A stretch of DNA of 64,000 nt from contig NW_027437464.1 of assembly GCF_964204645.1 (NCBI RefSeq), positions 17,001 through 81,000 of the forward strand. The letters are read 5' to 3'. Below the pieces are notes generated by a model. The model worked only from the letters and a program-made list of their open reading frames with translations, was not told the DNA's origin and ran no database searches. Of the stretch, positions 12,421 through 25,259 are shown in pieces (position 1 is the stretch's first letter; every line of letters begins with the position of its first letter). A program made the position numbers and the translations under genes. The DNA is from Tubulanus polymorphus. Lineage: Eukaryota; Animalia; Nemertea.

Positions 12421-13789
12421 TTCAGCGGACGTGTACGGTGGACACGCCAGCACACTCCGCCTTGGAAGACTCCAACTCCTGCTCCTGAGAACTAGAGATT
12501 AAAATAAAAAGCATAGACTGATAGAATATGCCAGTAGTTTTATTACGACTGTCTCCCCGAACAACCAGTTTTCGACTGGCTAAACAACTCTGGAAGACGA
12601 CTCCCCTCTGCCTGCGGACTACCATCCGGACCCAAGATGGCAGCACCATCCAATACCCGACTGTACAAGTTAAACTACCTACCACATAAACACTCAGCCG
12701 TATACGACACGTTACTAGATCTTGGTCTTATATTTCCCAATAAAATCAACTTAAGGTCTTAAGTTCCAAGTTAGTCTGAATACCAGTCGTTGTTACCGAA
12801 TACCGGTTCCCTACAACCAACGACTAGGTACTAGACCAGTTCCAAGTGGGCTAAAAAGATATGGAATAACTAAACTGATTTACCATCGGTTGCGGCAAGC
12901 TGACTCATAGGCCTATCTGTCATAAGACTCTCCATGTGGTTCAACTGCGGATTGATTGGAATCTTCCACACGACTTGTAGGCTTATCGAATTACTTTATA
13001 GGCCTAAAGCAATTGAGTAGTAGCTAAAATATATACATGATCAGGGATGAAAACGGCCCATACTGAAAAAGTTGGAAAATAGGCCTAATGGAAAAAAAAT
13101 TTTTTGGGAAACAAAAATCAGTAACTTTTAGCCAAAAATCTTACTTTCTTTTGGTCAAAATGTCAATAGTTTGGGCTTGAATTACAGCCGCTCTTTGAAT
13201 GAGATGCCATATTGGTTTCTCCGACTCCACAGTTGTGCTAACTACTGCCAAAAGCCGGCTTAGGGAGCACTCCTAACTACGGAGCACTCCGATGTGAATC
13301 CTTAGTTATGCCATCCAATATAAGCCTAAAAGTTCCACCATAGACCTAGGCCTATCTCTTCACAATCACACCCCCAAGATAAATTGGCTGTGACTGTGTT
13401 GGACTACCGGTGCCGACCTGATTACACCTGCGGTAGGCCTAAAAGCCTGAATTAAAATATCATGCCAAACGAACGAAATCAAGAGTAAAAGTCGCCCCAA
13501 ATATGTCCGGTTTGTTTAGGCCTACTACGGTCCATGGGTGTATTGTTTGGCAACTGTTCAGTGACATAGAATTGGCCTACTGAATTGAATTATTCAAAGA
13601 ACATTCAATGAATCTATTGTTAACGTTAGGCTAGTTAACGATAGCCTAACCTGTCAGTGGTTTAGTTTCACGATCGGATATTTTCACAAACCACACGTTG
13701 ATATAAGCCCATCCGATTATAAAAAGCTTACCACCGACGATTAGGTAACTAACTCAGTTGATACGAGCAAAAAGATTTCATTTATCAAT

Positions 13790-13990
13790 AGTACTTACCC
13801 AACAAGCCGTGCATAAACGCTAAACATAATTCCGAATCGAAACGACGATAATGGCCGCCACGTTGATGTGATCCTTGAATCTGATTGGTCGAGTCATACG
13901 AATCAATCTGATTGGTCGATAGATATATATCAAATCTGATTGGTCGAATCATACATAACGTTTCCGGAGTTCACCACCAGAGGGGTGTTG
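13790..13990 (-). promoter_or_regulatory. Putative promoter with three CCAAT boxes, a short first exon and a splice donor
   Basis: CTGATTGGTCGA at 13881, 13908 and 13936; ATGGCCGCC at ~13851; minus-strand donor GG|GTAAGT at ~13793-13800. Copy at ~43499-43699. Confidence 0.5.
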
Positions 13991-14191
13991 TGTCGCTACT
14001 CAACGACCCAATATGCGTTTCTGCCACATACGATATAATAATGTATGGGTGCTAACCACATCAGCTAAATAATTGGGGCCAAAATTATTGGGTCCTAGTC
14101 CCAATAGATAGAAAATGACCCAATACGACAGAGAGGCCCCAATACTCCGAGTCTCAGAATCACGCATGTCCCGATAAGTTGGCGTTTATAA

Positions 14192-14194
<3 letters not shown>

Positions 14195-14252
<58 letters not shown>
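14195..14252. repeat. (TA)29 microsatellite
   Basis: Read directly from the sequence. Confidence 0.99.
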
Positions 14253-14253
<1 letters not shown>

Positions 14254-15799
14254 TTAAAAACGCCCACTTAACGGGACTTACATATGAGACCTGCAAATCG
14301 GGCCCTAGTAGAAGGGCATGTTTTTGAGCTACCAATGAAAGTCAAATCGGTATAAAACCACCTGAAGAGACGATGTATCACTTCAGTTAGTCGATGTATT
14401 GCTTTCCCTTTATGAAAATGACTTTTCCTTTCAGACCGATTTTTTGGGCCTGTCCCCGTAATCCCTTTGGGTCTTTAACCCTTTCACACCTAAAATTTTT
14501 TATTAAAAAAAAAATATTAAATTTCCGTTAAATCATCATCAAGCTAACCATAACACCCCCGGCAGCTATCGAAATGAACAGATTACATATTCTATTGCAG
14601 TTTACAAAATTACTCGGCCAATTTAAAAGGAAAGATGGTATCATTATCTTAGCCTTAGAGATCCTTAGACCAACGAAATGATTAATGATGAACTAGTTAA
14701 TTTTGGGCTTGGGTAATCTAAATAAAATGCCGCTGACACATAATGCAAGATTGCTGAGAATTCACAAATTGTTAGTAGAGGCTAAATTTGTCACGTAAGA
14801 AAATCATATCGTGACGTTGGCATACAATGGTGCGCGCCGATTGGCCGTTCCGTCACGCAAATGCTTTAAAGGTGCGGCCGGAACTGCATCCGAAAATCTG
14901 CATCCCAATTGTATCTCATTTTGGAGTTGTGTCATGCAGATATATGTAGCCTATATACTTTAGTGTTACCCCTTTATCCTGATGCTGTTTCATTGTTTGA
15001 GGCCATATTTTATACGGAAATATTATTTTGCAATTAAATGGAGTGATAATTATTTAGATCGTAACTTTTCTGCTTTCTTTTTCTTCTATTTCGTTTTTCA
15101 TTGGTCATCGTTCGTATCAAAGCTTGCTCAATTCGAATCGGTCTATCCCAGCTTGAAGCCAAAATAGATGCTGGTTCAGTCGGATTAATTTGTTTTTTCA
15201 CCCATTTTAAGAAAATTTGACTATATCGAACGTGCAGGTACCTGGATCCAGGAAATCTCTATTTTTGTGACGGTACCGAATTGGCTGCAACGTGATTCCA
15301 TTGCAGTTTTGATTCATTCATCGCTGATTTTGTAATACAGTCTGGAACAATTCTAGAGGCCAAATGCTCACGGTACTAACAGTGCTCACAGTTGATACTT
15401 TTTACTGATTCAAGGGGACCACAGACTTGTCAGTTTAAAACCAGTAACCATGGGTAGTGTATAAACATATGATTAAACATTATTTTTTCCAACAAATTTA
15501 CAAAATTTTACTGTGTGCAATGGAGAAATGCAACAATTATTGTGAGTACATTATTGCCTTTCATTTTTCGTTAAATTTTAACATCTGGATAAGTGCAAAA
15601 AGTGCAAATATTGAAGTAATGCTCTCTAATAATATGATTTGTTGATAGGATCATGTATCCGTAGTCGCGATAGCTTTAAATTAGATGAAAGTGGCAGAAA
15701 TCCCTTAAAATAAGTGCAATATCATCAATATCAATATAATATCGATATCATCGAGCCAGATTCATCTTACGAAAATGGTACACTTGTAATTGTAAATGA

Positions 15800-16045
15800 A
15801 AATACACGTGTAAAATTGGCCCAATTTTACACGTGTACTTTATCCCAATTACACGTGTACTTCATCCAAATTACACGTGTACTTCATCCTAACTACACGT
15901 GTACTTCATCCTAATTACACGTGTACTTCATCCAAATTAAACGTGTACTTCATCCTAACTACACGTGTAGTTCATCCTTATTACACGTGTATTTCATCCA
16001 ATATTACACGTGTCTTACACGTGTACTTCATGCTAAACACATGTG
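15800..16045. repeat. ~22-bp subterminal tandem repeat with palindromic TACACGTGTA core
   Basis: About 11 copies of TTACACGTGTACTTCATCC(T/A)AA; related cores at ~20895-21040. Confidence 0.92.
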
Positions 16046-16103
16046 TCTTTGATTGCCATTTTTTGTTGAATTCAAATCAAACCACCATGTGAGGAAATCT
16101 CCT

Positions 16104-17902
16104 TAATCTATGTGCTGTTTAGAATGAACACTCAAGAGATTCACATTTTCCATACTAACTGATTTATTCATCTTCATAAATTTTATAAATTTTTGAGTAA
16201 TTGCATGTCTTATGTTGGCCTCTTTTGCACCCTTCTCCTTTCGACATTGTTCTGAAATGATAACCATTTGAAAAAAATTAAGCAAAAGTATACAATGATT
16301 TCTTTACGAGGATAAATAAATCAACTTCAGCTGCTTGGGATGATGATTAAATTATATAGCTTTTTCTAACAGTCTTCTGCATATAACAGCTTTTCACTCT
16401 TAATGACTTGATTTTAAGCCATATGGTGAAATGCTTGACAATCTGGAAATTTCAATGTTCAACGCCACCTGATGAAAAACAAGGGGTCTAGGGACACCAT
16501 GCCCGTACGGTTACGAATGCTAAACAATCAACATAATGAAATAGAAACAGGACATTGAAACTCACCACAATCATAGAACATGTCACAAGCTACAATTTTA
16601 CAATTGATCGATGTTATAATGTATTCATAGGTACCAAAATAAATTAGACAAATTGTATATAATTCAATACTCAACTCCCCCTGGTGGTGAGAACAAAAAC
16701 CTGGGTAACCCCAATTCCACATGAGGTGAATACTACAACAGTGGTAACAATTATCAAATATCAAGACTATAAGTCAAAACCTGTCGATATTTTCCTTCAA
16801 AAACCTTCTTTTATCTACGAATGAGAACTGATGACACCAAGATGGCTGCCAAATGTGTCATGCTTGACTGATCGAAAAATCTGTCTCGTATGTTTTAGAT
16901 TGTTAAGAAATGTATACCCATCTCAAATTTCAAAGAAAAATTGCAAACCATTAGGCAGCTACAAGGCAAAAATGACCTTTTTGGGTACAAAAAAGGTCAC
17001 ATGATGGCCATCTTGTGTCAAGATGGCCATCTTCATCTTCAAAATCTCCTTTGAAAACTTCAAAAAATTGCATAAGTGATGATTTTGGGGAACGAAAATG
17101 GCCAATGCAGTTGGCCATCTTGATTCGGACCAGTTTTGGGCTGAAGACATGTCTAGGATAGATATGTGTGTAACTTAAATATCAAGAGTATTAAAACTTC
17201 CCAAAATACTGGATTCCATCTACAGACGAACAAAGGGTGAATGCAATAGCCCGCTTGCTTGGACTTACGTCTCAAATGGGCTAAAGCTGGGGACACATAA
17301 GGCAATTTCGTCGAGCACTTAAGTTGTGCAACGAAATCGTCGGTAAAATCACCTAGTTTGTCAGGGTCTGCGCCGACTGAATCGCCCGAATCCAACACGT
17401 CCTGCGACTGAATCACCCAACGCATCAGGCCACGGTGATTGTTCGCCTTGAGCGCCATATTAAACGTTAAACCCTCCCCTTTTCTGACCAAGTGCCCCGT
17501 TTGAATCACAGGTGAAAAATTCCACCCTATGATCAAAGTGCACAAACCCCATAGCCTACAACCGTTTCACACAGGGAGACCTGTATTGACTAGTGCCCTT
17601 TTCATAAGAGCTGAACCCTCGTTCTTCCAGCTTGGATCCGCCCCTGTAAAACAACAACAAATGAATGCTAGCCATTATATATTGAATTCATGTACTTACG
17701 TATTATTTAGCTGACCCGGTTTGGGTCCAACTTTTTTCCTCATGGAAGACTTTCATTGCGTCACATCCAGTCCAATGCCTTGACAATTAGTTCTTCTTTT
17801 AAATGAGTGGACAACAGCATGCATGCACCCAACAGTATTAGGTTTTCCGACTAATCAGCGTATGGCAGCAGCTGTTGTATCATCCAATAGTGAGTAGGCA
17901 TC
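16104..17902 (-). pseudogene. Spliced BEN-domain-like accessory gene remnant of the EnSpm element
   Basis: Exon 17902-17700 (AG/GT bounded) gives, across frameshifts and stops, CMLLSTHLKEELI...TG...KKLDPNRVS*II. The exon from 16251 gives QCRKEKGAKEANIRHAITQK. Together these fit the BEN pattern LL..LF..EEL...G...K..LDP...I..K. Confidence 0.55.
16480..17285 (-). mobile_element. Older diverged HINE copy within the EnSpm element
   Basis: Termini ACAAGGGGTCTAGGGACACCATGCCC ... CAAATGGGCTAAA; degenerate 154-bp repeat. Confidence 0.75.
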
Positions 17903-19978
17903 CTAAAATGAGAAGAATTTACAATGCTTACGCTATAATCTTTACTAAAACTATTCCGACGCTCATATAATATATAATGTAAATACCTGATTTTCATCAC
18001 GCTGTCGTTGTTGAGAAATCAGTGGAGAATTGAAGGCTCTCTCGCGCTAACATCGTTTTCCAACAATCCCCCAGTGGACACATTTTTAAGCCAAAAAAAC
18101 GGGAATTCCAATTTTATAGTGTCTGTCCTTGGATCAATTCTTATTGGTGTAGACCCTATAAAGTTTGAAAAAAAATGGTCAAGAATTGATTGCACTAACG
18201 TCGTTTTTGCCCCCAGTCGAAACTCCGACAGCGACCTAATTTCATGTCCAGCATACAAGTTTAATGGCGATGATGGGCGCACAACAAAATCTAAATGACC
18301 CTGCAGTTTTTAGATTGGATGCATAAACACCAAAGACACTCCGTTTTTATCCCTCACAATTGGAATGATCATTTACAATTTTTTCACTGGACATTCAATC
18401 ATTTAAGGCCTACTAATACTATGCTAACTAATTCAAATTCAATTAAATACTAGGTCATGTTGCTTTTCATTCCAATAAACATATTCTTTTAGTGACCTAT
18501 AAACCTTTACTTTACTACATAACAATAATCATACCTGAACAATCCACAACGCGTCCTTTATACGCGGGATAATAATAAATGGCCTTCGACTTTTTTGTTC
18601 TTCCACTTCCATTCTTCCAATCCATTCTAATGAATCTAATTCAATGATCCATTCAATGATCCATTCAATGATCCACTATGTGTTTGACCTCAAACAAAGA
18701 AACAGTGTCACTTTCGGCCCAGTTGTCAATGATCCCCTTTTATGGACTGATTGTCATCCATTATTGCGTTTTGCAATCATTATGAGAATAGAATAGATCG
18801 TGAAAACCTGTGAAAACGTGTTGCTTAACAATGGCAATATGGCTGCCACCGCGCAGGGGTGCTTGGGAGTTTAATTGAAATAAATTATTTAATTATTAAT
18901 AAGTTTTATGTCTGCATTTTAGTTCAATTAGAATTAAAACATAATCGTGTTAAGTGATATTTAATTAGCAAAAATTACTTATACTAAGGGTTATTATGAA
19001 GCTAAGGCAAAATCAATTAAGTAAATTGAAAATAACGATTCAGTGAAGAAATGACGATCATTTTAATATACGCTGTATTATAAAAATAGACAAAAAGGTG
19101 CATGAATAAGGCCTCTAACTATTTAATTCAACATTTAGATGAGATTATTTTGTCTAGGTTGTTTTTCTGTTCATGAAAACCATTTATCTAGAGCTCGTCA
19201 GTTCGTCAGTGAGGTTTTCATTTTGGTAGTGTTCCAAAATGGAAGACAAGTAACACAAAGATGCGCTTTTTAGTGGAAAATTACCCGTAAATATCGATAT
19301 ACACCAACCGAATTCGTCTTTTGCAAGCATGGAGTTTGAAAAAGAAAATTGCAAGTAAAAAGGCCAGTGAAAATACGCGAGTAGGCCTACATGTTAAACA
19401 TTTGAAGGTAAGATCATTTTAAATGTAAGCAAATCAAATTGACTTTATTGGTCCTTATCAATATCAATAAACATGTATATTATTGGTTTGACAGTTCAAT
19501 AAAGTTGACAGGACAAACAAGAGACATGGAGAATTATGCAATTGAATAGGTCAATTGTTTAGTTTAATGTTAATGTTGTTAGTTAATCTTTTAATCCAGG
19601 TCCGATCTGGTATGTTATGCATGAGGTTTACTGTTCATCGCAACAATAGGCTACAAAATCGCTAGCTGGAAATAAACCTACGTCGTATAGGCCTACTGTA
19701 GCCTTAAGTTCTATATGGGTTTTATTTGGGAATAATTTAATCTCAAATTACTTTTTGTTTTGTAGATGGTAATATGTTGCTAAATGATGGACATTTCGAT
19801 TTTTCAAGAAGTGGATTTTGAGAATCTGGAAGATTTAAGAATTGAAAATGGCCACAATCCACCAATAATGCAGACAATGGTTATGACAACGTAAGTTAGT
19901 AATACAGTGCCTTATGACTAAAAATGCAATCTTAATTGCCAATCTACTCATCCGATATGAACTTGACCAATCACAAAA

Positions 19979-20470
19979 ATGTTTAATCTGTTTTGCACCC
20001 ACAGCTCATTGATGGAAATAGATGATCCTCTCCACACAAATGCTGAGGTGAACCATCGTGGGGCTGTTACTACTATTATGGCGTTCTCCCTCAAAGCTGG
20101 AACCACATCAACTGTTTTGACTGGATTGTTGGATCAGTTGAATTTACTGTTACTGAGAAGCGGTTCTACGCAGTTCTAATTACCCTATTTTCAAAAGATT
20201 TTCTCTATGTCCGGAGGTGAACAAATATTACTGCCCCGTATATAAGACATTATTCAAAAAACTGCAGGTATGATACAAATGTTCATTATGTGTTATACAG
20301 TATGATAAGGCAACATTAGAGGAAAAAGGACATTTTTTTGTGTACATGCCCGTTAATGAACAACTGAAAAGACTCCTCGGCTAAGAAGAGCTAGCTAGCA
20401 AAATTAATGAATGGGCCTACAAGGAAAGCAGAACACTTCGAGCTGGTGACAGCAATATATTCAACATTTT
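19979..20470 (+). pseudogene. EnSpm/CACTA transposase N-terminal remnant
   Basis: DDPLH..A.V....VTTIMAFSLKAGTTSTVLTGLLDQLNLLL and, downstream, FFVYMPVNEQLKRLL; both match animal EnSpm transposase motifs. The catalytic part is missing. Confidence 0.65.
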
Positions 20471-22359
20471 TCATAAATAACATTGTAATTCGGGGCTTGG
20501 GCAGTCCCCTAAGCCTCTAGTTATCTTGATAATAAATGAAAAATATCCAAAATTTTTTGTTCAGATCATGATTTTTGTGAAACAGTTTTTGGATTTATTC
20601 AAGGGGCAACAAAGACATGTGCTTCATTCATACAGGATCCAATCTAGTCAATACAGGACAAACAACATGACTTTTTTGACACGGCATCCTGGAAAAAACT
20701 ACTAAATGAGGATCAAATAATTAAAAAGACAGGAGATTCCTTCAATTTCTCAAACATTACATGCACAATCTTACTTTTAATAAAATCATGTGAAGCTAAA
20801 TGATGTAATTACAAATTTTATTGCAGATTACAAAAGTGACCAATTATGAGAAACAAGGTACATGTATAATTTTTTAGCCTAGTACATGCATCCAGATTGC
20901 ACGTGTATTTCAGAAGCCACATATGAATTTACACGTGTTTTTAAAATACACGTCATAAGTTACACGTGTATTTCAAAATACACGTCAAAAGTACACGTGT
21001 AATTTCATATTACACGTGTATTTAGCTAAATACACGTGTACCATTTTCATAAGGGATCCTACCAGGCCTTCGTTATGCGACCGGTTGACGATTTTGTTAT
21101 ACAAATATGCTGTTTCATGTATTGTTCATTTTGATGAAAAAGGTATGGCTGATTTATTAATGGATAGACAAATAAATGAATTTAGACTCGGATATTGCGA
21201 AATAAGTCGACGCTTTCGTAACAAATATATACTCCACACTAATCTGATACAGTATTAGTGGGTCATGTTTTTATACGAAACTGATCCATAGGACCATTAC
21301 ACACACACACATACACACACAGTCCCTCGAATATTGGGTTTTCAATGTGTTATAGCCCATTGCATGCCATTCCACATGATAGATAGAACGACCATTTGAG
21401 ACCTGGGACTCAAGCACCAGCAGAGAATTCGGGGCACGACAGTCCTTATTGGGTCTTGTATAAAACTTAAATAGCATACCGGTATATCGGGTACCCGGTA
21501 TATGATTTCGAGACCAACAGAACGGTTCGTTTCCTTTGTAATAGTCATCTCCATACACCCCCGATACACAACCAGCCTCGCACCCTCCGATACACCACCG
21601 GCCTCGCAAACAGCCGACGCTTTTCAAAAATACCGAACGCGAACGCCTAGCTACTCGATCAGGGACGTGCCACCTACGACCGTAAAGCGACATGCCGCAC
21701 CAATAATTGAATAACCCAAGACGCCATAATAAATGTTATTCTGCATTTAAGGGGGGGGGGAGTATCAAATTAGTCCGAATTGCAAACAGCAGCATTTTGT
21801 TCTGAGGCACAAATACGGTGATATTTAAAGCAGTTGGGATTTTCTGTGTACGGGCCACATGTAACAAAAGAACAAGTTTGAGTTTGGTCATATATGAGCT
21901 GTCCAATTTAAGTTGTTGTAAGCATAGCCCTTTGACAGTGAAATGCCACAATAATAACCACTGAGATAGTCTTAGCTAAAGGATTGCTTAATAGATGTCG
22001 AATAAACACTATAATCCGTGTATACTGTAGATAAATGAAGAAATCCTACACTTCAAATTTAAAATTATACGATCAAATTTATTACTATGAAACCACAGCC
22101 ATCATCAGGTGGAATGACCAGAAAAACAAGTGTTTACGGTAGGCGGCCGCACTGAACCAGGCAGGTTTTTTTCATGAAAGTTGCCCAGTAAACGGATTTA
22201 AACAAATCTAAATCTTCGATCCAATTGAACCATTTGTTTTCGATTTTGATGAAGTTTTGACTCAATAGTATCAATCGTATACCCGGTACCTAAGATGCCA
22301 TTTTCATTACCAGGCGGATCTAGGAAATTTGGAAGAAAAGAAAATGTATTTTTAAAAAA

Positions 22360-22468
22360 ATTAGCTCTTATGGCCTCTAGAAAATTGGTCAAAGTGGTCA
22401 AAATTTAGCTCTTATGGCCTCTAGAAAATTGGTCAAAGTGGTCAAAATTAGCTCTTATGGCCTCTAGA
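22360..22468. repeat. ~44-bp tandem repeat (2.5 copies)
   Basis: TTAGCTCTTATGGCCTCTAGAAAATTGGTCAAAGTGGTCAAAA repeated. Confidence 0.9.
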
Positions 22469-24084
22469 ATTCATCTAAGATGTGAATATTTAATCACGAA
22501 TCCCCGATGTCGGCTGTGTATCCTGATATTACTGTACGGTACATAATTTTATATATATTCATATGGTAGACTTTACTTACCTATTGGGACCTATATGGTT
22601 TCATACTAAAAATTATATATTCCATAGATTTAACAGACTTATTGGGTGCCTCAAACTGCGGAAACATTATGTACAGGTCTATTGGGTCATCACCTTATGA
22701 GTCCCAAGTTTGAACTGCTTATTCAAATTAGTAAATTAAACATTATTTCGAGTCAAAGTTTAATTGTATTGACGACCCAGAAGTGGTTCTAATCTCTTAA
22801 GAATTACAGAGATGGAGCTGTCGTCATAATGACGATCACCTAATCGGATTTTACAATCTTAAAATTTCGTCTTGTACGTTTTCTGTAGCGCAGGTGATCA
22901 AGTCTTAGGATCAACTTCATTGTAACAAATGATTTCAAATATCAGAAGCCCAATGCGTTTAATGATTCAATTAAATGGTATCGTGCTGTTGGATGAAAGT
23001 GGGGGTAAATCATTGTATTGTGATCTTATTCGTTTTGAATTGGTCATTGGTGGTCAATGGTCAATTTATGAATCTTCAATGGCGAATCTTTTCTAGTTTC
23101 ACACCAAACGCGGTATATCGTTCTCATGTTCGTGAAATTGTAATTCGTCAGTAGTGGTCAGTGTTGGTCAGCTTATGAATTTGCAATGATGAATACTTGG
23201 TAGTTTGTAAACAAACATGGCTTGAGAAATTTCCGATATTCGAAGTCTGAATCGTTCAGACTCGGGGATCATATCTCAATTGGTCAGTTTCTGACCATCT
23301 CGGTGTCAGCATTGTGGTCGATAGCTTATATGAAACATTTGTAGATAACCAACGAAGGGGCCCAAAAGCACAAGCCAATTTCCAGTGATGTGATCCAAAA
23401 GATGCCCTACTGAAAAAAGTAGTCTCTCAATTGTACGAAACCAAATCGCACAGGAAAATTAATTTAGAAATTGTCGACTAGTAGCCACAGGCACTGGTTT
23501 TTTCTACGTAGTCTCTCATTTCATATCATAAGATTTCCCCCGTTTCAAACTGTTGAGTTTATGAGATAATATTAAACAGACATATTGGGGCCCTCAGTAA
23601 TAACTAATATATTTCTTTTGATATTTGTACCTATCTGTTGGGTCCATCAAACAGTTGGTTTTCTGTAGTAACTAATATATATCACATGATACATGATTGT
23701 ACTATCTATTGGGTCAAATATGGTCTTATATCAAACTTATACATTCCGATACCCATATGGGAGACTTTAATAGACCATTCTAAGTGGTTTCCTGTGAAAT
23801 AATTTTATTTTCTGTTTTCACGGTACTGCATTGGCATAATCCAAGAGAATGGAAGGGATGTATGGATTCATGTAATATGGCATATTCAAGTGCCGCTGCA
23901 TATCCACATGGAAACGTTTGGCAATGTGAGGAAGTTCCTGCACTGTTCCTTCCTTTGAATTCACCAAATTACTAAATCAACTCAGCATAGTCATCAATAT
24001 ACATGTAGTTTATCCTTCAAAATCGAAGAGTGCTTGCGCATACACGTAGGCCTTAATCCTAATTCCACTATGTCTTGTATTATC

Positions 24085-24159
24085 GAAACCTATATCAACC
24101 CCATCTGACAAAGTTTAAATCAAACTTTGTCAGAAGGGGTTGAGAATTGAATAGGTTTC
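24085..24159. repeat. Long palindrome, possibly a MITE remnant
   Basis: TCAACCCCATCTGACAAAGTTT-AAATC-AAACTTTGTCAGAAGGGGTTGA with an outer GAAACCTAT/ATAGGTTTC pair. Confidence 0.8.
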
Positions 24160-25259
24160 AATTGTTATCATTGGCTAATCGGGATCAGTTCAATTTTGAT
24201 CTCATGTTTGTCTATACATCAATAATTAGGAATTATCCAAGTTTAGCGCAGTCTAATGTGTATACGGTTCCTAGAAAAATCAAATCGATATTTGGGTAAA
24301 GCCTGTGAATTTAACACAAACACTTGGATTATACATCATTATAAGTTTATTTGGAATCTTTCTCTTTTTTATAATTTTCTTTGTCAGCAGTGGCTTTTGT
24401 TAGTGGCTTCGTCCAAAAGTTCACGATTAGGCATTCTGTTGGAACGAATGCAAGATCGTATGAAATATTTTATCTTCATCCGATGACCAGCGCCTTCGTG
24501 TTTTCATTCTGCCTATTAAAAGAAAGAAAATTCATTTATTTCTATATTTGGTTTAGGTTAAAAAATGATACTTTGTTTCTCTGCAGCTGCCGGGAAATAG
24601 TGTAAATTCCAATAAAATTTGTAATCAGTTCATTTCTATAGCTGCAGGGTCTATAATTGTATGCCTGATAGTGATTAGAAAAATAATGTACTGGGTAGAT
24701 AGGCTGCAGGGTAAATTAACTTTAAGCTAGGTAGAGTGGAGAAACAAGGTATCATTTTTTCCCTTAATTGACCAATTTGAATACATGACCCGTCAAATTA
24801 TATAAAACATACGTGCACAGTCAAAGTGGGAGGCACTACTTGTTCAGGTACTTGAGCTATTTAAATTAACCTTTTTGAAAGTAAGCTACCTGGGTAGGGA
24901 TATCAAAATTGTGACATTGAAACTCGGGAAGTGCACTATTATATTGTATGTATATTAAACATCGCCTCAGCCTGGCAGCATATCGAAAAAGGTATGACCT
25001 TTAAACTTTATATATTCTTTATGATATACTAGTAAAACTAAACTGCTTTCAAATGTTATTACGGTTAATTTCAACCATTGATATTTAGCACTGCTTGGTG
25101 GCCATGATGAATAATGCATCCCTGTAAAACTTGATGTACATGTTCATAGGGACATAATCTGCAACTTTGCACTACATCATAATATTGAATTTCGACCCGA
25201 GAATAATCTGAAGAATATGTATTGGTTATGTTTTAAATTACAATTGCTCATGTGACCTT

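Larger units (their letters stand above)
10254..12844 (+). mobile_element. GC-rich solo-LTR-like insertion (TG...CA)
   Basis: Starts TGAAAAC and ends GTTCCA. Contains AGCCAATCA and TTAAATAG near 10420-10450 and AATAAA ~100 bp from the end. Interrupts HINE sequence; no TSD. Confidence 0.55.
1..14194. repeat. Large duplicated block, copy 1 (begins upstream of the window; paralog at 27263-43903)
   Basis: Position 1 matches 27263. Identical ORF translations recur at offsets of 27262 to 29709. Similarity stops at the (TA)n tract. Confidence 0.97.
15766..21055. mobile_element. Decayed CACTA/EnSpm-type DNA transposon
   Basis: TIRs CTTACGAAAATGGTACAC and GTGTACCATTTTCATAAGGG; probable 2-bp TSD AT; TACACGTGTA subterminal repeats at both ends; transposase remnant inside. 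Confidence 0.78.

Noticed and set aside
10821-12502. Arg-rich ORFs as real proteins
   Set aside because: They arise on both strands from a 63-bp (21-codon) GC-rich repeat and change frame at the 10-bp inserts.
13042-13060. hAT-like start CAGGGATG
   Set aside because: The only candidate partner (~25117) matches 8 bp and has no TSD.
14360-14400. Penelope-type hammerhead (CTGAAGAGAC...GTCGATG)
   Set aside because: Lacks the GAAA core and convincing stems I/III; no Penelope ORF nearby.
14475-14495. piggyBac-like end TTAACCCTTT (similar at ~56453)
   Set aside because: No matching opposite terminus found.
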